Counted from the first letter of the stretch, positions 49,190 to 61,725 are shown. The stretch is 64,000 bases of DNA from Massalongia carnosa (GCA_965645245.1 OZ287067.1:1364001-1428000), one strand, 5' to 3'. Notes: generated from the sequence alone by a model not told the origin. Made by a program: numbers and translations.

Positions 49190-52029
49190 CTATGGGTTGA
49201 CAACGAAGCCTGCTACGGATGCTGGACAGGAAATCTTTTTACTCAAACCTTTTACAGACTGCCATATCTGCAGTATTAGCAAAAGAAAATTAGCTCGTTG
49301 GAAAGGAATAATGTGGGTATCCACGCGAGATACTGTGCAAAAGGTTACCTCAAAGACATGGAACACTGTCAGCATGGCTGGTGCATCGTTTCGATACTGG
49401 CTATCCGTGATGCAGGGCCAGCCATTGCAAACACGCAAACAAACAATCGCCTGGCTAGAAGGGAGCCAGCAAATTGTCCCAGAGATTTTGTGTTTCCGTA
49501 CTGTTATACACATAGAACAAAAATCCATCTGAAAAATTTGCTTGAACTCCTTTCTCATTCTACTCAGTTGTAATTTCTTATCTGTCCTGTACATCGAAAC
49601 CTTGCTGCTTGCTTCAGAGGACCCAAGCAACTCTCTTTCAACAATGCTTTGCTCAGATGTCTCTACAATGTCACTGCTCCTGGGCCTTTCTCCCATTGGA
49701 CATTTGCTAGGAGTAACAACCGAATCCACTGGGTTTGAAGCCCTCGGTTCGGCCATTCTTGGACAGGCCCAAGGCCCGCAGCAACAATATCGAATTCGCA
49801 CTTCATGGAAGGTTCCGGAGCTAGGGGATATGTGCGCCACTGACGAACTCAGGCGCCATCCAGAACACAAATATCAGACTGCATTTGATGCCGAACAGCT
49901 TGGTGATTACTTTTTCAGCGTGTATTTAAAGATGTTTGCCGATGAGGACTGGAGTGCAATAATGTCTCCGAACACTTTGAGTTCCGCAGCGCGCCGGATG
50001 ATGTTACCGTTATCCGGTGACCTAAGATATTATACACGCCTGGGCCTTGTGTTTCTCTTGCGTCTTGTCAAAAATTTTTTATCACCGACTGGGCCAGGTG
50101 CATGTCCCGTTTCATAGAGAAGATTCGAAATGACCGTCAACTTCCTATTGACGGAACAGTATGCAAGAGCTGTTGCTCCACCTGCACATCTATGGGATCT
50201 GGGAAGACGTAACTTTAAAATTGTCCCCTCGAGATCTTGATAGAGCCGCTAACAGACCTGCAAGCGTAAACCCATTCTTTAAAATCTTCTATCAGACTAA
50301 CGATCTTCCGTCTGTAGTTCATATTGCTCTTATAGTTCCGCGAAAACAACTCGAGGTTTTCACAACAGCGTCACTATCTCAGATCGGTACTCCTGGGTTT
50401 CATATTTCAGTTTCTCACGATGCTGAGGGAGCCCACAACCCTTTCTTTGCCATTCAATCGTTTTTTGGAAAGCTCAAACCATGTCTCGACAGCGCCCTCT
50501 GCAATGTAGACGAAGACACCTTAGGCTAGGCTGGCTCGGCGGACCTTATTGTGACGTGTCGCGTTCCTGCGTATACTCTTTTCATAGGACGAGCAGAGCA
50601 TGTTAGGGTTTCTTTAGTTGTCAACGCAAGCCCATCAACGATTTACTACACGCAGAAATTAGGTCTTGAAAATGTTGTCTTTGAGTGTGGCTTAGAAGAT
50701 GACAAGCACCTTTGGCTCCTTGAAAAATCCCCTGGCATGTGTGATTCTGCTCCTGCGCAGCTGCAATCGTGGCAGCTAGATATGAAGGGCCCGAGCACCG
50801 GACATGCCGTTTTTGTCAAATTAGATAATAAGCTTGAGGCTAAAAGTCTTCACTATCACATTGATTTCCCGAAAGACTCCGTTAAATCCGAATCTTTAGC
50901 AAGTGGTGCGAGGGTCTTGGTCGCTCAGGCATCGTCATGCACCATGTCTGTTCAGATTGGAAGCGCCAAACCTCTCATCCTTGTGTATCCTTTTTAAGTG
51001 GACGGACTTGTTTCAAAATCCAAGGTCGCTAGAAAACATTCATGGATTGAAGTCAGTGTCCCGATAGCACCTTTTCTGTATAGTGAAGGGTATGTGCGTA
51101 ACATCTTTCCCATTGCCTTGGATGCTTGCTACAGTCCAAGAGTCTGGGGCCTATCGTACGTCAATATAGCGCAACAGCCAGCTATCACAGCCACTGATAA
51201 TTGTATCTGGCTAAAAGCGCATATGAATCTTGCTTTCAGTGCAAGTTAACGAGCTTCAAATGTTCGACGCTCATTAAGTCAGCCACCAAATGGCTTGCTT
51301 GACCTGAAGCTTTCGTTGAGCATTATGTTTCAAAGTTTTGGTGGCTGCAACGAAGTCGCCCGCTGCAGACCCATGAAGGCTTTTCGATTCTTGCTGAGCA
51401 AAGATTGCGATACCGTCATCTTAGCTACTGCTTTATATCATGATCGGAATACAAGTTCGATCGTGATGGATGGGTATGTTGTTTTTCAGAGTGACCCGCG
51501 TACACAGGAGATGTTGCAAAGCATGCCTCAAGACGAATTTCTGAACAGATTGCTTTCGAAAGAGGAGGTTGTACGTTGGAAACAGCTAATGCCATGCCTT
51601 GTAGAAAAATGCCGGCAGTCTTGGGCTCATAGAAAGGACTGCGAGTACCGACTCCAGAATCAGATTCCCCTTTCAACTTCTCAAGGAGTGGCACCGCTTT
51701 GCTCCTGCGGGGAAGGAAAATCACTGGACTGGTATCCGGCCGGTGCTCGATACAGAGGACTTGCGCGATATGCTACACGGATTGCCATTCCGCCAGTTTT
51801 TGCTGTACCGTACGTAGAGCCACTTATCTTACCTAGCGATGCGCCTCCTCCAAGGCAAGGTCCAGAAACTCCAGGGCCTGGCTATGCTAGCACCATCGGA
51901 AAGTGCGGCGCTTGCGTAGCAAAAAAGACGAATCTCAAGGCTTGTGTCCGATGCCATGTTGTGCAGTATTGCAATCATAAATGCCAGAAGTCAGCGTGGA
52001 AGGAGCACAAGAAGATCTGTAATAAGTGA
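49190..52029 (+). pseudogene. Disrupted MYND zinc-finger protein (large fungal family often carrying DUF4470)
   Basis: VHIALIVPR, SKVARKHSWIEV, WKQLMPCLVEKCRQSWAH..CEY..IPLS..PLCSCG.G, ATRIAIPPVFAVPYVE and MYND CGAC..CVRC..YCNHKCQKSAWKEHKKIC. In-frame stops at 50527, 50995 and 51247 plus frameshifts; the 5' end is uncertain. Confidence 0.85.
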
Positions 52030-52472
52030 AATCCAATGTTATTGTACAGGCTGTTTTATCTGCTTGGGTCTAGCCTTCGAGAAATCCTCGTTACAAGGAT
52101 ACAAATGTGGAGGGGGAAAAACAATTCGACATCGAAAGGGCACGATACTTATAGCCGCAGTCTCTTTACATTTACTGCTTCTTCAGCGATGGAACCCATC
52201 TAACATTCTTAAAATAAAGAAGGGGAATTCTACAAGAAGAAGATGAAGCAATATCGGATCGTGGACAACTATTGGTCTATAAAAAGGGGTATGCTAGGCC
52301 GCGCCCAAGAGCTTGTTGCTTGGCCTTTAAGAAAAGGTTCATTCAACCGCCAGTTCATCCGTAACGTTAATCTAATACTTGCTACGATACTTTGATAATA
52401 TGCCCCTTTGAAGCACTGTACTCCGTACGGAGTAGGCATTGACTCGTTGGAGTGACGGGATACGGGGAGCTA

Positions 52473-52516
52473 ACGTAATTCACTAGTCAACGGGACAAAC
52501 CGCTCAACGGGACTAA
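52473..52516 (+). repeat. Left TIR ACGTAATTCACTAGTCAACGGGACAAACCGCTCAACGGGACTAA (contains TCAACGGGAC twice)
   Basis: Exact reverse complement of 54771-54814. Confidence 0.97.
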
Positions 52517-52642
52517 GAAAATCCGAAAATATCAATATTTGGACTATCTTACATGTTGAAGCCTTTTCATCATACATTTTCCATACAAAAGTAGCTTCAA
52601 ATAATAAAACTAATCAATATCATCTTATTAAACAGTATAATC

Positions 52643-54654
52643 ATGGCTGTTTGTAAAAAATCCACCTCTAAAAAAACCTCCAAGCTTCCTTCTTCCCACC
52701 CCACCTCCGCGTATCAACAACGATTACAATCAGCTTTTCTGGCCTGGAAACAGACCGACAAGACTCTTTCCATCACGAAGGCAGCTGCTCTGTATGGCGT
52801 TTCAAAGTCCACCCTTCATGCTCGCATTCAGGGTCGTCAACCACGATTTTCATCCGATCAAGTCAGACAGCTGTTGACACCTGAAGAAGAGGACGCTTTG
52901 AAGGACTGTGTTTTACAATTGTACGCCTGGGGCTGGCCTGCTAAAGTCGCTCAATTGCGTCAAATGGCCATCGAATTATTGCGAGCAAGGGGAAATCATA
53001 CTGCCCTGGGAGTTAATTGGCAACAGCATTTTTTACATCGTCATCCCGATTTGCAGGCCAAATATAGTCGCACATTGGATCAGGAACGATTATTTGCGGA
53101 GAACGAAGAGATTTTTAAACATTGGTTCGAGCTTTTTCTTTCCGTCAAACAAAAACACGGAATTCTTGATGAAGACATCTACAATATGGATGAAAAAGGG
53201 TTCATGATGGGGGTGGCCGCTAGTGCTAAAGTGGTAATACCTAAGCACGAAAAGCAGGCCTTTTCAGCACAATCAGGTAATCGAGAATGGGTGTCATTAA
53301 TCGAGGCCATTTCTGCTACTGGACGCAGTCTACCCCTCTTCGTCATTTTCAAAGGGGTAAACAAACTAAAGGCCTGGTTTGATGTTCTGGAAGATATTCA
53401 CAGCGAAATTGCCACCAGTGAAAACGGATGGACAGATAACGAACTAGGTGTCGATTGGTTGAAAAGATGTTTTGAACCTGCTACTGCAAAATATTTACAT
53501 GGTGATTATCGACTTCTGATGGTAGACGGTCATGCTTCTCATATTCTACTGAATTTATCAAGTTTTGCAATGAAAAGAAAATAATTCCTCTATGTCTACC
53601 TCCTCATACTACACATTTACTACAACCTCTAGACGTGAGCGTTTTCGGTCCCCTGTCTCGGGAGTATAAAAAACAACTGGAGGCCGTCACTCGATTCAAC
53701 GTTTGTTCGATTGACAAGGTGGACTTTTTGAAGATCATACAAAAAGCAAGAAAAGAAGCAATCAACACAAAAAACGTGCTCACTGCGTGGAGAGTCACCG
53801 GATTAGTGCCATACAATCCTTCTCTAGTTCTTCAGAAACTCTCTAATAAACAATCGGTGTTGCGAAAGACTGACAGCATAATTACCACTACCATCACCAC
53901 CACTACCACCACCACTACCACCACCACTACTTCCACTTTTACGAATGTCGGAATTGATCCGGAGACCACGTCGGTCTCTGACCCTGACACTCCGATAATT
54001 CAGAGTTCTCAGAAAGCTGTCATCGAGGTGGAAAAGACACCTGCAAATATCGATCAATTAGATCAATTGATTCGTCGAATTCGATCTGATGAGAATTCAG
54101 ACTCGACACCCGCCCGAGCGCTAAACAAATTGATAAAGGGGGCCAAATACGCCTTTGCCGACTCTACCTTGCTACGAATTACCAACAACGAGCTTCTTCA
54201 GGCCAATTTACGGCGGCATCATCGAGCCAATCGTAGCGGGGCTCACTATGGTGGAAAGGCTCGAGTCCTGAGCCTCGAAGACGTTCAACAAAGACAGCAA
54301 TGGGCTAAAACTCAACAGAAGGTGAAGGATGACAAAAAGAAGGCCGCTCAGTTGAAACGAGCGGAGCAGGATCTTATCAAAACCTTCAGAGAAATGTGTC
54401 GATTTGGGCCTGATTTACTAGGACAAACGTCTACACCCCCTACGAAAAGTCCTCAAAAAATTCCCTGTAATTCACAAAGAAGGCCTGTAAGTCCTTCAAA
54501 AGAGTGTTTGTTACCCCCCTTCATGCTTCATCCAATCACGGAGGTGACAGAGACGGTGGAAGGGGCAAAGGAGGTGGTGGAGGTGGTTGAGGTGGTGAAG
54601 GAGGTTCAAACTACCAGACGGGGTCGTATTGTTCGTCCACCACGTAAAATGTGA
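52643..54654 (+). pseudogene. pogo/Fot1 DDD transposase with one apparent 1-nt deletion near 53545
   Basis: HTH-psq (ITKAAALYGVSKSTLHAR), CENP-B-type HTH (LTPEEE..GWP..GVNW..FL.RHP), YNMDEKGF, NGWTDN, LMVDGHASH, then after the frameshift STEFIKFC..LPPHTTHLLQPLDVSVFGPL. Confidence 0.93.
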
Positions 54655-54770
54655 TTGTTTTAGTAAACTTACATGCAGATGATCATCATTTTTACAATTA
54701 TTAGACATTGAAGCCGAAACTGTATGTAAAATGGGTGGGAGGGAGGCTTCAAGAATTAAGCGAAATTTAA

Positions 54771-54814
54771 TTAGTCCCGTTGAGCGGTTTGTCCCGTTGA
54801 CTAGTGAATTACGT
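54771..54814 (-). repeat. Right TIR of the Fot1-like element
   Basis: Exact reverse complement of 52473-52516. Confidence 0.97.
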
Positions 54815-55099
54815 TATCTCCGGACGATCTATTTCCGGCATCGCGTGTTAAATTTCGAGCCTTTGATTGGTCAGAACTCCCAAATGTAGCTTTGGGTATG
54901 ACTCCATCATTCCTGACTCCCATCCTCCTGACTCCTGAGTCCATCACTCATCCCAATAAACAGGTATATAATATTCTTTGAGCTTCTTTTGTGAATTCGT
55001 TCCTCGACAAAATTCGACGCTTTACAAATTATTCTAGTCCTTGTCTTAATCTTATCTCCGACCCAACCCAAGTAGCAAGTTTCGTCAATACTAGACAGA

Positions 55100-56252
55100 A
55101 TGGCCATCTACTCAAAACTGGGCGCTTATCCCAATAACAGCGCTTCAAACACTGCGCCTCATGACCCCCTGAACATAGAAGCTTGGGCTGACGAAGCTGC
55201 GCAATCCTTGGGTACAATCTCTCCGTCCTTGCCGAGAGGAGTCCGAGGCACGGCCGCGTCCCTTACGATCCCACTTGAAGAGACCTCTCATTTGCGTCGA
55301 GCTGATGAGATAGCGGCATCCCGTTCCGGGAATGACTCTGCTCTGTATACATCCCATCGCGAGCCTGTTCGGCGCGACAGTCTTAAACGCCGCGAAGCGC
55401 TTCTTAAGGGCAAGGAAGGCTCTCGCCGTCGCCAGAGATGGGAGAACGGTTCGTGTGAACGCTAAGCCTAGCTTGTATATCCTGGCATTAACGGTTCGCG
55501 GCTGCTGCAGATCGGTTGTTGAGTAACCCATGGGCGCAGCCGCCACTCCCAAGCGATTGGGAGGTGCATCCAACCTACCCCAAGCATGCGGTGCCTTACT
55601 ACCTTGCACCGCTTTGGGATGCGAACTTGGCTGTCAGGCAAGCGGCCGAGCAGAAGAAACGTGAAGCTGCAAGGCAGCACACTGAGGGGAAAGATAAGGC
55701 GCATGGCACGGTGCCGAAAGAACTCCGGGAAAAGATGAAGAAGGCCAAGGCTTCGAAGGGTCTGTTGCAGGCATTGGAAGAGGAGGTGAGGAAGTTTGTC
55801 AAGAAGTGGGAGGAGAACTCCAAAACAGTAGAAAAGGAAGCCCCGCGTGAGTTCGACTCGGAGGATGAGGAGATCGTCTTCGTGGGCCGGAACGGGCAAA
55901 TGTACGATATGCCGCCATCCCCGAAGCTGCAAAAACACCCGGATGAAAATCGCATCCAGAAGGATCAGCTTATATTCGATAGCCCGGCTGATGACCATGG
56001 AGCATGCTTTGGGTAATTCTCATTCGTTCCTTCGTTCATCCGTTTATCGCTCTCTTGCTGACTTCCATTACCTCGTCTAGGCGCTGGCTCGTACATTCGA
56101 TTGGATCCTACTACGGTCTTCGCACCTGGTCCGTCACGGTAGGCGATCCGGCAAGACGAGAAGCGTACGTGGGGATCAAGCAGCAGGTGGGGAGACCTAG
56201 CTCACCCATGGGAGGAGGAGGCCTGCCCCGTCCGCTGTGGGGGATGGTTTGA
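55100..56252 (+). CDS. R3H-associated N-terminal domain protein (3 exons)
   Basis: RRDSLKRREALLKGKEGSRRRQRWEN|DRLLSNPWAQPPLPSDWEVHPTYP..VPYYLAPLWD, DSEDEEIVFVGR and FG|RWLVHSIGSYYGLRTWSVTVGDPARREAYVG. Confidence 0.88.
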
Positions 56253-56910
56253 GTCTAATGACGCCATTGGTACGGTTCGCATTGCTACAGCTACAGAGTA
56301 CCAGTCTCGACGGTTATTGTATGGGTAAACTTCTCTTCGTGAAAGTCCGAGGGCTAGATTTAATACAACTTATATGCCCATTCATGTTGAGCCGAAATAT
56401 TTTAGCGTCTTACTAAGGGAGCTATGCTGCAGGACGCTGTGCAGTCAGAGCCCCATTTCAAGGAATCTTTTGAACTTACGCCGAGTATACTCTAAACTAG
56501 ATAACTCGTAGTCGAACCCGGAAGGTATTGACTGGTTGATGGTGGCAAGCTATATTCGGTCCATAACTAGGTAGCTACTCTATACACTCTCCTGTACGCG
56601 GAAAACGACAATTCTTTATCGGGTTATTCATATACCATATTTGGTTTCCTATGTTCATACCTAGGCTCGATATGGTAGCTATAAAAAAAAGGGGGGGTTA
56701 TCTGTTTACTCCGTCACCTACTCCACTTGTTCATTATTATCCACAGCTAACAAGACAACAGATAATCTGAAAATGATTGACGGGATGACCTAAAATATCC
56801 CTCTATCCCGGCCTCTTCCTCCGTGTTTCGCAGTCGCAGATAGATAGATTTGGCTCTGCTGCTTATTTATCCTTTTTTTTTGGCACCTAATTGCGCTTCG
56901 TTTGACATTC

Positions 56911-58130
56911 ATGATGAACAGGATGGGAGCGGACGAACAGATTGATTCACAGCGGAACAGGTCTTCAGCGGCCAATTTCAATGCCAAGGTCTTCCGCAAG
57001 TTACCAAAGGCATTTGCAGCTAGCCCGGATGCCAACCTGCTCTCCATATTTTCTAAAGAGTCTTCTGCCCGCCTGAGCAAAATGAAGGAGCAAAAGCGGG
57101 CAAGGGTGCTGGGCTCATATTCCACACTGATAGATAAAGTTTTAGAAGTCGACGTTGTCGCAGCTGTCCACCTCCCTGAAGAGCAAGATTCCGTAATTAG
57201 CCGCCGCATGCGTGAATTGGCATTGGCTATTGGTGCAACAACAGTAGTGTTTCCATTATCAGAGTCTGTTCAAGATCTTCTAGGAGCGCACGCTCATGAC
57301 ATCAACACTATACGGTCTCGATCTTTGCCAATCATCCTTACAAATGCCATCGAGTCCAGCCAAATTATCTGGCAGTCCACAGCATGCTCCGGCCACGTCG
57401 TCGTCAGATGTAGCATAGATATAGCTACTAAGATCATCCCCAAAATTGACGATTATACAGAATATACTACCATGCAATGTCTTCCGCAACACGCTCCTGA
57501 AATCCTAGCACCAAAGCCTCTCGGCTTGATTGTTTCGAACAGGACGTCTTATATATTTATGTTCTTTGTTCCAGGCTTGACTATCAACAAAATATGGCCG
57601 GAGCTATCTAAGGAGCAAAAGGTCTCTATTAATAATCAGCTTAATGATGCACTTCTCAAATTAAAAGGAAACTGAATGTGCCTGACAATGTGTCTCTCGG
57701 CGGTGTATGTGGCGAAGGATGCAAAGAGACCAAAAATCACACCGGGATTTGTCAAGAACGCATCAGCACCTGTACAGAATTCGAGGACTTCAAGTTCTCC
57801 AATCCACGCTTTGGGAGCGCCGAATACATTGCTCTCCTACGTGGCCTTTCACCGAGCCACACAGGTACAGTAGTTTTCTCACATGGAGACCTTCGAGCAG
57901 AGAACGTTATCGTTCAACTTAATAATCATGGCAATTACCTCATCGCTGGAATCCTTGACTGGGAGAAGAGCGGATTCTATCTAGACTACTTCGAATGTAT
58001 CAAGGCGACTAGCAACATGTCAAGCTCAGACGTCGACGATTGGTACCTGTATTTACCAATGTGCGCCTTGCCAACAGCTTACCCTTTGGATTGGCTAGTG
58101 GATCGAGTTTGGGACATTCATATAGCTTGA
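56911..58130 (+). pseudogene. Aminoglycoside-phosphotransferase/choline-kinase-like protein with a frameshift near 57665
   Basis: EYTTMQ..PKPLG..YIFM..PG..IWP, then in a new frame LGGVCGEGCKE..VFSHGDLRAENVIV..GILDWEKSGFY. The break lies in an A-rich stretch and could be a sequencing error. Confidence 0.78.
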
Positions 58131-58838
58131 AACAGGTATTTCACGATGTGGAGAGTCCTTCGACCTCGTCCCTAAATTCCTCCTACCGATGCAAAGTTAG
58201 TTCCAGTTGGGCACTAGGTTGCCAGTAGCACCGTGTTCCCTAAATTTTCCATTCATGACTCAATTAGCGATCATTACTTCATCACGAATTCGATAGTAGT
58301 GAAAGTTAAAGGTCTATGGGCTATGGCTTGAACAGCTTGAGGGCGGGTAGAATGTATACATGGGCGACCAGAGTAAGCCCCATTGAAGGAGCCTTTAATT
58401 AAGTAGCTATGTGAGCCAGATCCACGGTGTCGTAGAAGCCCTGAAGAATATCCATGGAAGCTTTGCGCTCCTCGCGCAGCATCAAGCTTGTTAGGAGCTG
58501 CTGGTGCTCAACACCATTGGGCGATTCACGGCCTTCAGAATGCTGCCAACTCTCCGCTTCATGGAGTCTGTCAGCTTGGCTAGGCTTCTCGCAAGACTAA
58601 AAAATTCCAGGAGGCTAATGTGCCTGCTCCGTATTATTTCTCGATACCGGCAATTTTCCGTAAAATGATTTGATCGCAACGTAGATAGTGGTTTCCGATA
58701 ACTCTGGAGAGGAGAGGTTTTGAAAAGCCTGCACATCGATAATGGGACACTAGCAGGAATTGTCACGTGTAAAATGTCGCAGGTGGCTGTTGGGATAGGA
58801 GAACGCCACAATTACTCCGAGAGTACTTAAACGCCAGA

Positions 58839-58844
58839 ACGCGT
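58839..58844. promoter_or_regulatory. MCB element ACGCGT upstream of thymidylate synthase
   Basis: About 95 nt upstream of the ATG; MCB control of yeast TMP1/CDC21 is established. A CACGTG also lies at 58764-58769. Confidence 0.55.
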
Positions 58845-58935
58845 CTTTCTATCAACGTCAATACTCCATACCGAGTACCCTGTACTGCCTACAACATAGG
58901 TAGCTTAGCAGTACTCTATCAAATCTTATAAGACG

Positions 58936-59967
58936 ATGGAGAAAACCCCTGCTGTTACCCCATCCCATGAAGAACATCAGTACCTTACTCTGATAAAAAG
59001 CATCCTTGAACGTGGCGAGCATCGTCCCGACAGGTTTGAAGCCCCTTATATATTGAATTCATCTCCAGTCTAAAGGCTTTTTAGGACTGGGACAGGCACT
59101 CTTTCGGTCTTCGCTCCCTCTGCGCTTCGCTTTTCCCTATCGCGACAACCTATCGATCAATCTAAAAGCCCAACCCCCATCCTCCCTCTCCTAACCACTA
59201 AAAGGGTCTTTCTCCGCGCAGTTATTGCTGAACTGCTTTGGTTCATCTCAGGCTCAACATCCTCGCTTCCATTATCCAATGCAGGTATCAAAATCTGGGA
59301 TGGCAACGGGAGCCGCGAATATTTGGACAGCGTGGGCTTGGCGCATCGAGAGGTTGGAGACCTAGGGCCAGTATATGGTTTTCAATGGCGGCATTTCGGC
59401 GCGGAGTACGTCAATGCGAAGACCGACTATACTGGTCAAGGAGTCGATCAGTTGGCTGAAGTAATCGACAAGCTGAATAACAAACCGTATGATCGGCGAA
59501 TCATTCTCAGTGCGTGGAACCCTGCAGACCTCAAGAAAATGGCCCTGCCTCCTTGTCATATGTTTGCACAATTTTATGTCTCCTTTCCACGCTCTTCGTC
59601 TGTGAATAGCAATGGCAACCAATCCATCAAGCCACGTGGTATTCTCTCTTGTCAGCTCTATCAGCGCTCGTGCGATATGGGCTTAGGCGTACCCTTTAAC
59701 ATTGCGTCTTACGCCCTCCTCACCCATATGCTTGCTCATGTGTGTGACTTAACCCCAGGAACGTTCATACATACAATGGGAGACGCCCACATATACCTCG
59801 ATCACGTGGATGCATTAAAGGTTCAACTGGAGCGAGAGCCAAGAGAATTCCCTGAACTAACTATCGAAAGGGAAAGGGGGGGCAAAATTGATGGGTGGAA
59901 GGCGGAAGACTTTGAGATCAAAAACTATAAGCCGCATCCAGGAATCAACATGAAGATGAGTGTGTAA
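58936..59967 (+). CDS. CDC21: Thymidylate synthase (2 exons)
   Basis: [84 protein letters not shown] and GDAHIY. Confidence 0.97.
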
Positions 59968-60762
59968 TTTGATTGCAACAACAATCCCAAATATGCGCCA
60001 TGCTACAAAGTCTAGCGTCGCTAAGAACCCGGTGTTCCGCTTTACAAACATAAAGTCTCTCATGGATCAGGAACCCGTACGGCTTTGACAGTGTGTCCCC
60101 ACAAACCAAATACATATCGTGCTGGACTCTCCCAATACCTCCCCCTGCTGACCGAAACTTTTTGTACGAGACTTTGGCGACAGGCGAACCATCTCATTCG
60201 CAGCATCCGCATCTTTCTGCAACTTAGAAGCTGGTAATGCATGGAGTAGCGCCCTACAGTACAAGGCCATTTCTGAAATCCAGCATATGCTTGGATCCAC
60301 ACCGGCGGCTGATTCTATCAACCTACGTTACCACTCTGCTTTTTCGGCGCGCCCTTGGGGCTGAGCTCGTCTCGGGAAGTCTTTGTAGCATTACCAACGA
60401 CAAGACCTACCTATGTGGTAAGGGGTGTCTCTATGCTGATCGTCTTCGAAGAACTTTCGCCTATACGACGAAAGAGCGGCGCTGGCCTTTTCGGCCGTGA
60501 AGCTGATGTTCTCGAGCTACCGGTTCTGGGTTTGACGACTAAAAGCGATGCTGAGTGAGGCGTTGAGAGATCTTGTTAGACTAAATTTAGAGATGGAAGG
60601 GGATTAGCACAAATCAGGATAAAAGCCCTCGGAGATCTTTTTCGTCTTTCGATGACCCCGCTAGAACTAAAAACTAGGATCCCAATAAGAACGCCATCGC
60701 TATGCTTTAAGTTAACCCTATCCCCACCCAAAACACTCTCCCTTCTCGTCAACCCACATTTC

Positions 60763-61725
60763 TCACACCTTATCCAAATCGCTCAACGCAGGCCCCACCC
60801 CCCTTAACAAAACAACGGTGTTCCCATCCCCCACCACATCCCCCAACCTCTCCCCAAACCCTAGCATCCTTCCCCCTTCGACGTGATATACCCGTAACTT
60901 CTCCTCCTCCCCGCCGCCTCGATTATTCACGTTCTGCACCTGCAAGCCCCGCGCCGCCGCATCCAGCATCCGCCCTACACTCCACTCCTTCCCATACCAG
61001 AACTCCCCCTTGGGCAGCTTGGACGTGGTCGAGCGCGCCTCCGCTTCGACGTGAACGTAGACGCGCTTCTCGGGGGGCACTTTGTCATCGCCTTTCGCGG
61101 CGCGCTTCAGTGCGTGCAGCGCGGCGATCTGGCTCGCCGCCGAGGACGGTTTCGGTTTCGGCAGCATGGCCGTTTGCCGCTCCTTGCCCCAGGAGCGGAG
61201 GCGGCCGAGCGCTGCTTTGGCCTTGTCAAGCCGCTGCTGGGCTTGCTGCGAGGCGGCGGTAGAGGATGCGGGCACGGCGCCGATGGGAGTCAGGCTGGCG
61301 CATGCGTGGTCTTCCCGTAGCCGGTGTTTGAGGCAATAGCCGCGGTTGCAGGTTGGGCAGGACACGCCCACAGAGGTGAGGGTGTGAATGTAGGTTTTAC
61401 AGCTCGGGTGCGAGCATTGCGTTCCCGTGAGCAGCGTCGGTTTCTGCGTGGTTGGCGGGGACGAAGACGAAGAGGCGTCGCGACGGCCGGCGGCGGCGGC
61501 GGCAGCCCATTCCCCCGCGCGGGGGCAGCGGTGCGCGGATTCGGTTCGGTGGTCTAGGCAATAGGTCCCGCGGCAGGATTCGCAGCGGAAGGGCAGGAAG
61601 TCGAGTTGGTTGCAGTAGGCTTGTTGGCAGTGAGCGCCGATGGCTTCAAGATCTTGGTCCATGGTTGTGTAGCTGGCTTCCTCTGAGGAAGGGGGCGCCG
61701 GGTGGGATGAGGATGAGGATGCCAT
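60763..61725 (-). CDS. AN1-type zinc finger protein (two AN1 fingers plus C-terminal ubiquitin-like domain; Cuz1/ZFAND1-like)
   Basis: IGAHC..CNQLDFLPFRCESC..YCLDHR..HRC, second finger C..C..C..C..YCLKHR..HAC, AKGD..P.EKRVY and WSVGRMLD.AA. Confidence 0.92.
   Translation of the reverse strand: MASSSSSHPAPPSSEEASYTTMDQDLEAIGAHCQQAYCNQLDFLPFRCESCRGTYCLDHRTESAHRCPRAGEWAAAAAAGRRDASSSSSPPTTQKPTLLTGTQCSHPSCKTYIHTLTSVGVSCPTCNRGYCLKHRLREDHACASLTPIGAVPASSTAASQQAQQRLDKAKAALGRLRSWGKERQTAMLPKPKPSSAASQIAALHALKRAAKGDDKVPPEKRVYVHVEAEARSTTSKLPKGEFWYGKEWSVGRMLDAAARGLQVQNVNNRGGGEEEKLRVYHVEGGRMLGFGERLGDVVGDGNTVVLLRGVGPALSDLDKV

Larger units (their letters stand above)
52473..54814 (+). mobile_element. Fot1/pogo-family (Tc1/mariner superfamily) DNA transposon, 2342 bp, TA target-site duplication
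   Basis: Perfect 44-bp TIRs at 52473-52516 and 54771-54814, flanked by TA at 52471-52472 and 54815-54816, enclosing a transposase. Confidence 0.97.

Noticed and set aside
57655..57680. Programmed ribosomal frameshift in the APH-like gene
   Set aside because: There is no canonical slippery heptamer in the correct frame.
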